Positions 21,563-32,703 of a DNA stretch of 32,703 nucleotides are shown here, in pieces. Under the pieces are notes generated by a model. The model ran no database searches. It saw only the letters and a list, made by a program, of their open reading frames with translations, and had not been told where the DNA came from. Origin of the DNA: Hyphochytrium catenoides (lineage: Eukaryota; Protista; Hyphochytriomycota); assembly GCA_900088475.1 (NCBI GenBank), contig FLMG01003410.1, positions 1 through 32,703 on the forward strand, given 5' to 3'. The first letter of the stretch is position 1. Each line of letters starts with the position of its first letter. The translations under genes and the position numbers were made by a program.

Positions 21563-21794
21563 TTACCCCTTAACAGTGTGATCAACTCCTAATGAGCTCG
21601 ATAAAGAAAGGTAAAAGGACAGTTGACAAGACAACGCACGGAGCAGTTTGCGATCCGTCCGCCCCAAGACAGAGTAAGCCAGTGGCTCTAACAACAGCCA
21701 TCGCAACGACATGGCATGAGATGCGCTCCTCTCAATTATGTCACGGTCCCCATTAGATAGTCCGAACCTAGACTTCTAGCAGCTAATAACTAGC

Positions 21795-23016
21795 CTAATA
21801 GTCATCACCGCCACCGAACATATCTCCGGCACCAACATCAGCCTCCTCCTCCTCTTCCTCAGCTGCTGCAGCAGCAGCAGGGGCAGCAGCTCCACCAGCG
21901 TCTCCTCCAGCAGCAGGAGCAGCAGAAGCGAAAGCGGATGGGTCAGCCAGGTAAGCCTTGTAAGGCTCAGCCTTCTCGAATGAGAAGTTCTCGAGCTCCA
22001 CAGCGACAGCCACCAGGGTCTTGAAGGCGTTAGCAATAGAGTGAGGGATAGAGGCAAGAGTAGGATAGCCAATCTCCAGGCAAAGAGCAGCGACGTTCCT
22101 GACGCCAGCAAGGAACTTGACCATCAAGTCCTCGTCGGTGAGGTCCAGCACAGCTGGGTCGAAGACAGAGCCGTTGTCATAGACAGCGCTGATGACCAGA
22201 CCGTAGCTGAAAGGCTTGATGTTCAGCTTCTGCAGAAGCACAGCCTCGGAGTTGCCGACCTTGTCTCCCTTCTTGGTAAGCAGAACCTCGTTGACAATTT
22301 CAATCTGTCCCTTGGTAATCTTGGTAGCAATCTGCAGAGCCTGGAAGAAAGAAGTCTGGCCAGGATCGCACCCAGTAGGTCCAGCAGGGCAGATGACATC
22401 GATAGGAGCGATGGCTCCAACACGAGCAGGAGCTGGAACCTTGTTGCTCTCAATCTTCTCTCTGATGGTGCCAAGGTCGCCGTTGGTGAAGACAAAGCCC
22501 ACGTTGCCCTTGATGCGAGGCAGGATCTGCTCGTAAGGGTGGCCAGGGTTCTTCTTGAGGTAGCTGTGGAAGACCTACACGTCGCCAAGGAAAGAGGGGG
22601 CAGTAAAGCTTAGACCTCTAAGCCATGAAAAGAGAGAAAGAAAGGGATCCACAGCCTTCATAACCAGCAACGACAGAAGGCGTCTCGAAGTCGATCGTTG
22701 TTTGTTGTTAGCATACCTTACGGATCAGAGTGTTCTTTCCCATAAGGACGACAGCCTCACCACGAAGGGAGATACGGATCTGCTGCATCTGGCTTGAGCC
22801 GACATTGTCGACATTGACAATGAACACCTATGTGTGGATGGTGCAACGATAGAGACCACAAGCATGGTAAGCTATGAAGCAAAAAGGCGCAATACTTAAG
22901 TGCAACGTCAAGTGATCGCTGCGGCAGAGGCTGTCAAAAATTACCTTGGTGTAGGTGTCGAGAAGGTTGTCAAGCTTCTCGAAGTATTCCTGCTTGCGCT
23001 CAGGGGAGAGAGGCAT
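21795..23016 (-). CDS. RPLP0: 60S acidic ribosomal protein P0 (uL10), 320 aa
   Basis: Exons 23016-22945, 22827-22717 and 22574-21795 with phase-0 GT-AG introns. Motifs: [49 protein letters not shown]; Ala-rich hinge and acidic tail [15 protein letters not shown]. Confidence 0.99.
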
Positions 23017-23054
23017 CTTGGCTGTCTGGAGAGGACGATGTCGGTTTAACCCAC

Positions 23055-23061
23055 AGAGTGA
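23055..23061 (-). promoter_or_regulatory. Initiator-like element TCACTCT upstream of RPLP0
   Basis: Fits YCAYTYY about 40 nt upstream of the ATG, with a GC-rich tract further upstream. The motif is short and the evidence weak. Confidence 0.25.
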
Positions 23062-23452
23062 GGGACAATCGTCTTTATGGAGAATGAAAGGCCCAGAAAT
23101 CCTTCCAGACAGAGTTTTCCCCGCCGCACCGCCGCCACCCCGCGGCCCCACCACCCATCTAATCGTATTTTGACGATTTCCAACATGTAATATTCGCGTA
23201 AGGCTCACGATACTCGCCGGTACTGGCTAGGTATTGGCCGAAAGTGGAAATTAAGGAATGAATTAGTACATTACGCTTTAGAAGGGTTTTTTATACCGTA
23301 ACCAAATGGTATTTTGCAGATTGGGATAATGTTGGCGGTTAGCGGCTATGAAGGGCGTTTCACTCGGGCAATTACAGGGCATTTTCCACTCTCTCCTGAC
23401 TTTTCCTTTGAATGCTTTTTGGGAGAGAGAGAGAGACCCACATGGACCCGTC

Positions 23453-23482
23453 TGCCTCTCTTTGTCTCCTCTCCCTCTCTTT

Positions 23483-23545
<63 letters not shown>

Positions 23546-23741
23546 ATTTCTCTCTCTCCCCTTCTCTCTCTCCCCGCCCCTTCTCTTTGTCACTCTCTTC
23601 TCTCTCTCTGTCACTTTCTGTGTCTCTCTCTCTGTCTCTCTGTCTCTCTCTGTCTCTCTCTGTCTCTCTCTTCTCTCTCTCTCTCTGTCTCGCTCTCTCC
23701 TTCTCTCTCTCCTTCTCTCTCTTCTCTCTCTTCTCTCTCTC
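23453..23741. repeat. (CT)n microsatellite tract in the divergent intergenic region
   Basis: Directly visible. Confidence 0.9.
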
Positions 23742-24393
23742 ACGATTGCTCCTCCGTCTCGCTCTGGCAGTATCTCGTATTGTTGCTGTCAGTCCTTCTT
23801 TAGGCTCCAGCTCTTTACAGCCTTTCTCCTACGCGCTCCTCCCCGCAGACTCTCTTCTCTCTTTCTAATCGCTTATATTAACCCTCACACATTGTCTCCT
23901 TCTCTCCTCTCCCCTCCAGCCTGCCAGGCCACGATTCTATCCTAGGACCTCATCGCTTTCCTGTCCTTCTGCGTCTGCAAGCCTCCACTCTTCCTCATCC
24001 ATCAGCATCTCTTCCCTTGGCTCCTCTTTTCCGCGGCCTCTCTTCTCCTCTCTTCTCTTCCTGCGCGAGCCTTTCTCTCCTCTATCACTGGCCATAGCGC
24101 CCCGCCCAGCGCTTTGCTGCCGTGAGAGGATCAGGAGGATGGAGCCTTGCGGCGATCTGAAGGAAGGAGGAGGCTAAATGCTCTCAAAAGAGGAGACCTC
24201 ACGCCTTCCTCTGGGTCTTTCCCTCATAGACAAGCAAAGGAGAAAGCAATAGACGAGGGACACTCAGATCTCAACTTCTCTCTTCCTGCTTCTCTCCTTT
24301 CTAGGGTGATAAGCAGAGGAATAGACAAGAGAGAGAGAGAAACGAGAGAGAAAAGAGAAAGGGAGAAGAGAGAGATAAGAGAGAGAGAGAGAG

Positions 24394-24614
24394 ATGATCA
24401 CCCTGAACAAGCTGCCTCTTGAGGGCGACGGTCTGATTGAGAATCTCTATTATTATCTCTGGTCCAAGGATGAATTTGACCAGGGTCCGAGCATCAATAT
24501 TCCTGATACGATCATCTACAAGTTCCGACAGCCAGCCTTCTGGTTCTTCACCGCCTCGGATGGCAAGATCAAGAAGAAGAACAAGCACAATCTGGTCAGT
24601 AGGGAGAGGAAGAG

Positions 24615-24645
<31 letters not shown>

Positions 24646-25081
24646 CGGAACAGAGAGAGAGAGAGAGAGGATAGGAGTTAGAGTATGGCGTGGGATGGGG
24701 CAGCCAGAGAGGGGAGAGAAGGCATCAGGAAGGAAGACTGGGTCGAGGGAAAGAGTTCACCCTAGAGCAAGGAAGCTGGAGAGAGAAGAGGCAAAACAGA
24801 GGAAACAGACGATGGATAGGGATTGAGCATGGTAAGCAGGAGAGAGAGAGAGAGAATGCGCCGCCTAGGAGGCAGCGCCGAGCGAGAGCTTCGAAGGACT
24901 TGTGAAAGAAGAGGGCTGACAAAGGCTCAAGGAAGAGGGAGATAGAAAGAGAGAGAGAGAGAGAGAAAGAGAGAGCGCTTGTGGGTGCAGGAAAGAGGAT
25001 CAGCATGACGATGCTCAGCAACTATGTTGCTTAGAAGTAAAAGACGCCGCCGCAGAAGCGAGCCATCCTTCTCTTACTGTC

Positions 25082-25133
<52 letters not shown>

Positions 25134-25978
25134 CTTCAGACGAACATGAAGATTGAAGAAGCCTTCACAAAGAAAGTCTATGGGTCTGATATCGTGGGAT
25201 ATTACATCTGCCAAGACGGTAGGAGCGGGACACTGCTGCAGAGGCGCTGCGCTAAGAAGCCAGAGCCAGTTCTCTCTCTCCTTCTGATCTCAACTCTCTG
25301 CTTTCCTCTCTTTCTCTCTTTCTTCTCTCCCTTGCTCTTAATTCTTTCCAGTGCTCGGTCCTCTTGTGCGTCCACTGCATCTCTCGAGTCTCCAAGGCAC
25401 TAGTATCCTCACCTCTCTCTCTCTCTCTCTCTTCCCCCAGCATCTAAGAAGCTCACCATTGAATATTTTGACAAGGAAGGCTTCCGTAAGTATCCCTCAC
25501 CCGTAGATCTGGCTCCTGATTGAGAGGAAAGAGACAAAATTGAAAGGGAGACAGACAGACAGAAGGAAATGGGAAAGACATATGTACACATAGGAGAGAA
25601 AAGAGGGAGAGAGAGAAAAGTGTGTGTGAGAGAGAGAGAGAAAAGACAGAGACAAGAGATAAAATAAGAGAACGTTAGGAAGAGAGAGAGAGAAATAAGA
25701 AGAGGGAGAGAAAGAAACGTAGAGCCCAAAAGGCATCTAATTTCTTCTCTGTCTCCTTGTCATTAGGGGATTTCCTTTACAATCGTGAAAAAGTGAACAA
25801 CGGCATTGTCCAGAGGTTCATCGAGCCTAAAGGAGTGTCGAACTGTAAGGCCGCAGCCGCGGGACAGACACAGACAGACAGAAGAGAGAGAGGGACAAGA
25901 ACGGGAGAGAGAGAGGGAGAGAAAATAGAAGGAAGAGAGGGAGAGAAAGAGAGAGCGCGANNNNNNNNNNNNNNNNNN

Positions 25979-26014
<36 letters not shown>

Positions 26015-26929
26015 GAAAGAAAATAGAGAGCAAAAGAAGAGAGAGAGAGAAAAAAACAAGAAGAGAGAGAGAGGCAAGGGGGAGAGGTGAAAGTAGCTAG
26101 GATAAGAGAAGAGGAACTGAAGACTGAAGAAATCGCATATACTTACCGCTTCTCCCTGTCCAGCTGTGACTCGCGCGATCTGGTCGCCTAAGGTCTGTCT
26201 CCTAGAAAGGAGAATCTGCGTGCGGAAGCTGCACGACAAGCGCTATGGAATGTATGAGAGAGCCGTCACCTACGAGGGAGAAGAGCATCACAGCGTTCCT
26301 GGTACTCCAACCAGGGAGAAGAGCCTGTCTTTTTATCGTTTCTCTTTTTCTTTCTTTCTCTCTTTCTTTCCTTCTTTCTTCCTTTCTTGCCTTCTTTCTT
26401 TCTTTCTTCCTTTCTTGCCTTCTTTCTTTCTTTCTTTCTTGCTTGCCTTCTTTCTTTCTTTCTGCTTCTTATCAATCATTTCTTCTAGTCTTCTATGTCT
26501 CTGTTCCTTAGACTTCCCCATCCTAGTCTCTTGGTCTTTGTCACATGTTGCTCTCTTTCTCTTACACTGTCTCTCTCCCGTCTCTTTCTCTTTCTATTTT
26601 GCTCTCTCGGGTCGTTTTTTTTTTTTCGTTATTCATCGAGCCCTCGTGGCTTAGTCCTGAGAAAGCCTTGCGAGAAAGAGACTTGACATTGGCCCTCAGC
26701 CTTATCTCTCTCTCTCCGAGCTGATAGTTATTCTGTCCCTCTTTCTGTCTTTTCCGTCTCTCTCTCTTTCCCAATGCTTCTCCTTGTCTCTTTTCCTATC
26801 ACATCCTAACAAGCGCCTTCTTTCTCTTCCCTGCCCACCCTCTACAACTGTCCCGCCTCACCTTTCTTCAAATGCTCCAACCTTCAAACCTGCCTCTGAC
26901 TCCCTCTTCCCCTCTTCCCTCTTTCTCTC

Positions 26930-26976
<47 letters not shown>

Positions 26977-27001
26977 GTCTCTCTCTCTGTCTCTCTCTCT
27001 G

Positions 27002-27046
<45 letters not shown>

Positions 27047-28132
27047 AGCTCCGGTGCGCGGGTCCAATCTCCCTCGCATCGTCCAAGGACTGTGCAAAGA
27101 TCTGACCAAACACATTGCAGAAGTCTCCTTTCAGAAGATCAAGATCTCCAGAATGGTTCTCTCACTGAAGGTGAGTGACCATCGGAGCCCTCCAGAGCTC
27201 GTTTCTCTCTCTCTCTCTCTCTCGTACACAATCCCTCTCTGTCGCTGTCTCTCTGTCTATGTCTTTCGCTCAGTCTGCTCTCTCTCCCGCTCTCTCTCTC
27301 TTTTTCCTTCTTTCTTTCTCTCTTCCTTATTCTAATCTCTCTCTCCTTCGCTCTCCGGTCTTTACTGCTTCCAAGGAGTTCTTTGTGCTTCGTCCTTCCT
27401 GATGGCCTTCTTTCATCCATCAGCATGGCTCTCTTCTTTCCCTCTACCTCGCTCTTTCTCTCTCTTCTCTCTCTTCTCTCTCTTTCTCTCTCCGTTCTTC
27501 GTAGAAATTCTCCCTGTTCCCTTTCGAACTTCTTCTCTGGCCAATCTCTTCTCTCCCCTTTTTTTAGGTGGATCCTGCAGACAAAGTCTGGCTGCTGTGG
27601 GCGAGCTCCATTCGTCTGGACAACCCTAGCAACCCGTCCTCTCCGTCTCTCTCTCTCCCGCCGTCTCTCTCTCTCTCCGAGTCCATGACTCTTCCTTCTT
27701 CCGTGAAGCTCAGTGACGGCGTTAATAGAATTGACCCTGAGCGGAGCGTCAATCTTCTTTCATGCCCCAGCTGCGGAGGAACAGTGGAGGCCAGTATTCG
27801 CCAGGAGGTGATGGATGTTCTCTCTGCCTCTTTCTCTCTCTTTGTTTCTCTGTCTTTGCCCTTCTCTGGTCTCTCTTCCTGTCTGTCCGTCTCTCTCTCC
27901 TTCCCTTCCCTTTCCTTCTCTTCTTTTCTCTCTCTCTCTCATTCTCTCTCTCTCTCTCTCCTCTTTTTCCTCTCTCTCTCTCTTTTCTTTTCCTCTCTCT
28001 CTTTCTCTCTCACACTATTCTCTTTTCTTCCCCTTCTTTCCCTTTTCTCTCTCTTGCATTTCTTTACCTGCCATCGTGTAGATTCTCTCATTAGTCGGTT
28101 CCCCGAAACTGGACCTTAAGGCTGATCTGTCT

Positions 28133-28179
<47 letters not shown>

Positions 28180-29091
28180 CTGTCTCCCAGGTTCCGTACA
28201 AGATAGTCTGCAGTCACTTCGATCAGCTCATCAGTGTGATGACAGAGAACGGCGCTAGCCTGGAGTGGCCACCTGAGCCCCAGGTGTGCTCTCCCTCTTT
28301 CTCTTCCCTCTTGTTTCCCCTCTCTCTGTCTCTGTCTCTGTCTCTCTGTCTCTGTCTCTCTCTTTGTCTCTGTCTCTCTCTCTCTGTCTCTCTCTCTCTG
28401 TCTCTCTCTCTCTCCGTGGCCGTTGTCTTGTCAATGCTGGGAGAAAATGCCTGTTTAGTCGCTGTCTTCTCCGCCGTCTCTGCAACTCGGTCCACTTTCT
28501 CCACTCTCTTTTTTCTCTCCATTCTCTCTCGCTCTGTCTCCAGCCCTTCCCTCTCTATTCCATCTCCATTCTCTCCCTTCGCAGTCTCATTCCCTCCGCT
28601 CTGTCACTTGCCTCTCTCCCCACGTTTCTTTGTTGCCCGTTGGCCTGCTCTCTTTCTTTTTCTCTCTCTCTCTTTGGTCCGTCTTCCTTCTTCTCCCCTT
28701 CTCTCTCTTCGCGATCTCACCCACTCCTCACTTTCCCTGTCGGTTCCCCCGTGTGTCTCTTTCCCTTTGTCTTTCTCTCTTTCCTCTCTTCTCTTCTACC
28801 TCTCTCTCTTTCTCTCTCTCTTCTCTTCTCTTCTACCTCTCTCTTTTCTCTCTCTCTCTCTCCCTCTTTCTCTCTCTTCCTCTCTCTCTCTTTCTCTCTC
28901 TTATCCTTCTCGCTCTCCCTCTTCCAGCTGATCGCGCGCTGCGGGAACGTTGGGTTTGGGATGCTCTCGAAGGTGGCGTCGGAGAAGTCTCAAGGGATTG
29001 CCGCGGAAGATGTGGAGATCCCGCCCATCCTGCGCTTCCTCCATCCCAAACTCTCAGCCTTGGACTACCGGCGATATAAGAAGGTGAGGAA

Positions 29092-29126
<35 letters not shown>

Positions 29127-29467
29127 TTATAAAATGCAGAGAGAGAGACTGACAAGAGTTAACAGGCTAGAGAGAAAGGAGAAAGAGAAAGGAGAGAGAG
29201 AGAGAGGGTCTGACAACATTCAAAGAGTCGCGGGTGACGAAGAGAAGGAACGCGAAAGGAACTAAAAAGGAAAGAGAGCTTGCAAGAAAGAGTGAAACGA
29301 AGAGATATCAGAGAGAAAGGAAGAGACAGAAGAGAGAGTTACTGACCACTCATGTGGCTGAGAAACAAGGGCGGGCAACTGGAGAGAGTGAGAACTATTT
29401 TTATGCCAGGGTGCCTTATTGATCTCTCTTCATCTCTCTCTCTCTCTGTCTTTTTCTCCCTCCCTAT

Positions 29468-29507
<40 letters not shown>

Positions 29508-30112
29508 CTTGGCTCTATTAGGACCCTCTCTTCCTTTACAAGACCGTTCCCGTATGTGAAGACTGCTTTCTGGTCTACGCAGAGCTCTCCTGTGGCGGGT
29601 CCGTCACTTCTCTTTCCTCCTCCTCGGTCGCCGTCTCGCAGTCTCTTCTCTCTTCTGCAGGAGAGAGAGACATGGCCAAACCTAGAGGTCGTCTCTCTCC
29701 TCTACGCAAGCAGAGAGGAGAGAGCAGCGAGGAAGACTGGGGTCCGGTGGGAGGAACGAGAGAGAGAGAGAAACAGAAAGGAGCCAAGAAGCTCTCAGGA
29801 GGAGAGAAGAACTCTAAAGCTTGGGGACCAGCTTCTAAGCCTCAGCTCCCCGGTGTCCTCGACAGTAACGGAGCTATGAAGAAGTATGGCATACCCGTCT
29901 CAGGTGAAGTGTTACTCTCCCTCTCTCTCTCTCTCTCTCTCTCACTCTCTCACTCTCTTTGATCTACACATAACAGCCTCAATCTCTCTCTCTCTGCTCA
30001 CTCCTGCTCTCCCCCGTACTTTCTCTCCTTCGTGGCAACTCCTTTCGGCATATTTCCATCCCATCCTGTCTTCTCTTCTTTCTTACTCTTTGCATATCCA
30101 TCTTGCCCTCTC

Positions 30113-30193
<81 letters not shown>

Positions 30194-31164
30194 TTCTTTC
30201 TTGCTCTCCTGCTCTCTCTTTCTTTCTCTCTCTCTCTCTCTTTTTCTTTCTCTCTTTCTCTCTTGCTTTCTCTTTCTCTCTTTCTCTTTTTCTCTCTCTT
30301 TCTCTCCTGTTCTCTCTTTGTTTGTTCTCTCTCTCTCTCTCTTGCTTTCTCGCTCTCTCTCTCACTCTCTCTTTCTCTCTTACTATCTTTCTCTCTTTTT
30401 CACTCTCTATGTCTCTCCCTTTCTCTCTCTAATTTTCTTCCTGACTGTCTCTCTCTTTCTCTCTCTCTCACTCCTTTCTTTGTGTGTCATCTTTCTCTCC
30501 GAACAGTCACCGCAGGCTCTGAGCCAGAATCGTTTAAGCAGATCGCGGAACTGATGAGAGACGCCAGTCCGGCCACGGAGAAGAAAGAGAGAGAGACAGA
30601 GAATAATCAACAGGAGAGACTTGCAGGTTCTCTCTCTCGCGTAAAGAGGAACGAGGACGGAGGAGAGGAAGAGGAAGAAGAAGCTTTCGAATGGGTGAAC
30701 GCTGTGAAGCACAGAGAGGACCAGTTCTTCCAAGAGATGTACCGGAATCCTTCTCTTCAAGCGGGAGTGAACCATCCTCTCTCCCACCTGGTGGACATGA
30801 CAGCGGCACTGGCAGAGACAGCGGGTATGACTCTCTCCCTGTTTATAGCTCTGTCTCTTTTTCTCTCTCTCTCTCTCTNNNNNNNNNNNNNNNNNNNNNN
30901 NNNNNNNNNNNNNNNNNNNNNNNCTCTCTCTCTCTCTCTCTCTCTCTCCCTCTCTCTTTCTTATTTAGGTCTGTCAGTCTCTCTTTCTCCCTTGTCCTTT
31001 CCACTGTTTTTCTTTGATCTCTCTCTTTCTCTTATCCGGCTCTCTCTCTCTCTCTCTCCATGTTGCCCATTTCCTCTTGTGTGTCTAGCTTCTCCGGTCC
31101 CTTATCTCTCCCCTCCTCCAGTTATATACGCTTTACTCTCTCTCTTTGTCTCAACTTCTCTCTC

Positions 31165-31195
<31 letters not shown>

Positions 31196-31948
31196 TTTGT
31201 ATACTAACGGCATAAACTCTCTCTCTCTCTCTGTTTCTACTGAAGAACTGTCGGAAGGCTTCAGACTTTCGACTCTGAAGAAATCTGAGGGGAGACCCAA
31301 GAAGCTGGCGCCTTACCAAGTGGACCTCGAGAGAGAGATGGACCGCGCGGCGCCAGGGAAAAAGAAAGGAGAAAAGAAGAAAGGTGAGGAGGCTACTGCG
31401 AGAGAGGAAAGGGAGGGAAGGTTTTCGGTGGAAGAGAGATAGAAGGAGGAGTATATTCTTGAAATTCCCAAGGGCCCGCACTGCGGATTGAGAGTCTCTC
31501 TCCTTCTCGGCTCTCTCTAATCTCCTTCTGCACTATCTCTCGTTCTCCTCTATGTTTCTCTCTCTCTGCGTCTCTTCTCTCTTTCTCTCTTCCCACTCTC
31601 CGGCTCTATTTGTTTCTAGCGATCCCTTTTTCACCTTACCACTTCTCGTCTCTTTCTCCTCCCCGCTCTCTCTCTCTCCTTGTTCCCCCCTCTCTCTGTC
31701 ACTCTCTCTCTCTCTCTGTCTCTGTGTCTCTCTCTCTGTCATCATTCCTTTTCTCCCGTCCGGTCTTCATCTTTCTCTTCTGAAGTGAGCGAGAAGCGGC
31801 GCGAGACCTCATCGAAGGACAGGGAGATGTTTGAGGCCTCTCAGCGGCACAAAGATTTCTTGATGCAAACTCTGGAAGCGGTCAAGCAGAAGGTAAAGGC
31901 ACACGGCTCTCTCTTTACTTTCTTCTCAATGGCGACGGCAACATCTCT

Positions 31949-31998
<50 letters not shown>

Positions 31999-32156
31999 GC
32001 ACAAACACTTTGCGTATGTATGTGTGTGTCTCTTTCTCTCTTTGTCTCTCTTGCTCTGGTCACTCTCCCGCTGTGTCTCTCTCTGGGCCTCCTCTTTGTA
32101 TGTCGCTCTCTTCCCTTTGTCTTTCTCTGTCCATTGCTCTCACCTGGACCTATCGC

Positions 32157-32195
<39 letters not shown>

Positions 32196-32349
32196 CCCCT
32201 CTCTCTCTCCCTTCCCTCGCTGTCCTCCTTCCCTTCACCTTCCTCCTGAACAGATGGTCGAGCCCGACGCCGCCGCTGATCTCACTGCAGAAGCGCGGGG
32301 AAGGAGCGGCGCTGAGCATCAGCAGTTCCTCAAGAGCAAACTCGCTGAG
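24394..32349 (+). CDS. Large uncharacterised protein with an ATP-grasp-like N-terminal domain and split CxxC pairs; at least 14 exons and 731 codons, 3' end outside the window
   Basis: Exons 24394-24594, 25140-25218, 25441-25485, 25767-25844, 26164-26301, 27049-27170, 27568-27807, 28191-28283, 28928-29083, 29522-29903, 30507-30824, 31246-31383, 31786-31892 and 32254-32349 all join in frame through GT-AG introns without a stop. Confidence 0.88.
25961..25978. other. Assembly gap within an intronic (AG)n tract
   Basis: Run of N. Confidence 0.99.
26340..26470. repeat. (CTTT)n/(CCTT)n tetranucleotide tract, intronic
   Basis: Directly visible. Confidence 0.85.
30105..30480. repeat. (CT)n tract, intronic
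   Basis: Directly visible. Confidence 0.9.
30879..30923. other. Assembly gap within an intronic (CT)n tract
   Basis: Run of N. Confidence 0.99.
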
Positions 32350-32703
32350 GTACCCTCTCTCTCTTCTTGTTCCCTCTCTCTATACTCTCTCTCTGCCGCT
32401 TTTCCTTCCTCTCTCTGCGTTTCTGTCTCGCTCTCTCCCTCTCTCTTTCTCTTTGTGGTCCATGTTGTTTTCCCTCAACTTTGTTCTTCTTCATCTCTGC
32501 TATCACTCTCTACTTCTCTCTCGTGTGCATCACCTCTATCCCAATCTCTCCTCTTTTTCTCTCTCTCTCTCCCTCTTCCTTGCTAATAGTCTCCTCTTCT
32601 TCCTTCTTGTCATGACCGTCCCCTTCTCTATCTCTTCTCAAAAGCCTCTCCCTCTCTCATTGATTAGATTAACAACTCACCTCTCTCTCTCTCTCTCCCT
32701 CCC

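Noticed and set aside
18200-21600. Whole block as an endogenous virus or transposon
   Set aside because: No hallmark viral or transposase gene, no terminal repeats or target-site duplication, and one gene has a normal spliceosomal intron.
22575-22944. Intronic snoRNAs in RPLP0
   Set aside because: No RUGAUGA/CUGA box pair or convincing H/ACA structure seen.
1-32703. tRNA, rRNA or CRISPR arrays
   Set aside because: No cloverleaf, rRNA signature or repeat-spacer array was recognised by eye; the GTTCGA matches I noticed lie in coding sequence.

Overview
Eukaryotic nuclear DNA from a draft assembly (three N gaps) saturated with (AG)n/(CT)n microsatellites. It is probably a stramenopile; this is inferred from the ribosomal P0 termini (MPLSPERK...DMFGGGDDY) and an oomycete-type START+FYVE protein. 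Most short ORFs in the track are microsatellite artefacts. Eleven genes can be rebuilt with GT-AG introns. In order they are: two tandem WrbA/Pst2-type flavodoxin-like quinone reductases (the second with a possible mitochondrial presequence), an intronless degenerate-PX protein, two diverged intronless PGAP4/TMEM246-like glycosyltransferases, a 4-exon START-FYVE-CBM48 protein, a head-to-head U-box-like / ankyrin-like pair, an orphan spliced gene, RPLP0, and a gene of at least 14 exons with an ATP-grasp-like N-terminal domain that runs off the window. About 20.2-21.15 kb carries a series of apparent +1 frameshifts that may be sequencing error. I recognised no tRNA, rRNA, CRISPR array or transposon. 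The most unusual item is the START-FYVE-CBM48 fusion. All domain calls are by motif recognition only; no searches were run.
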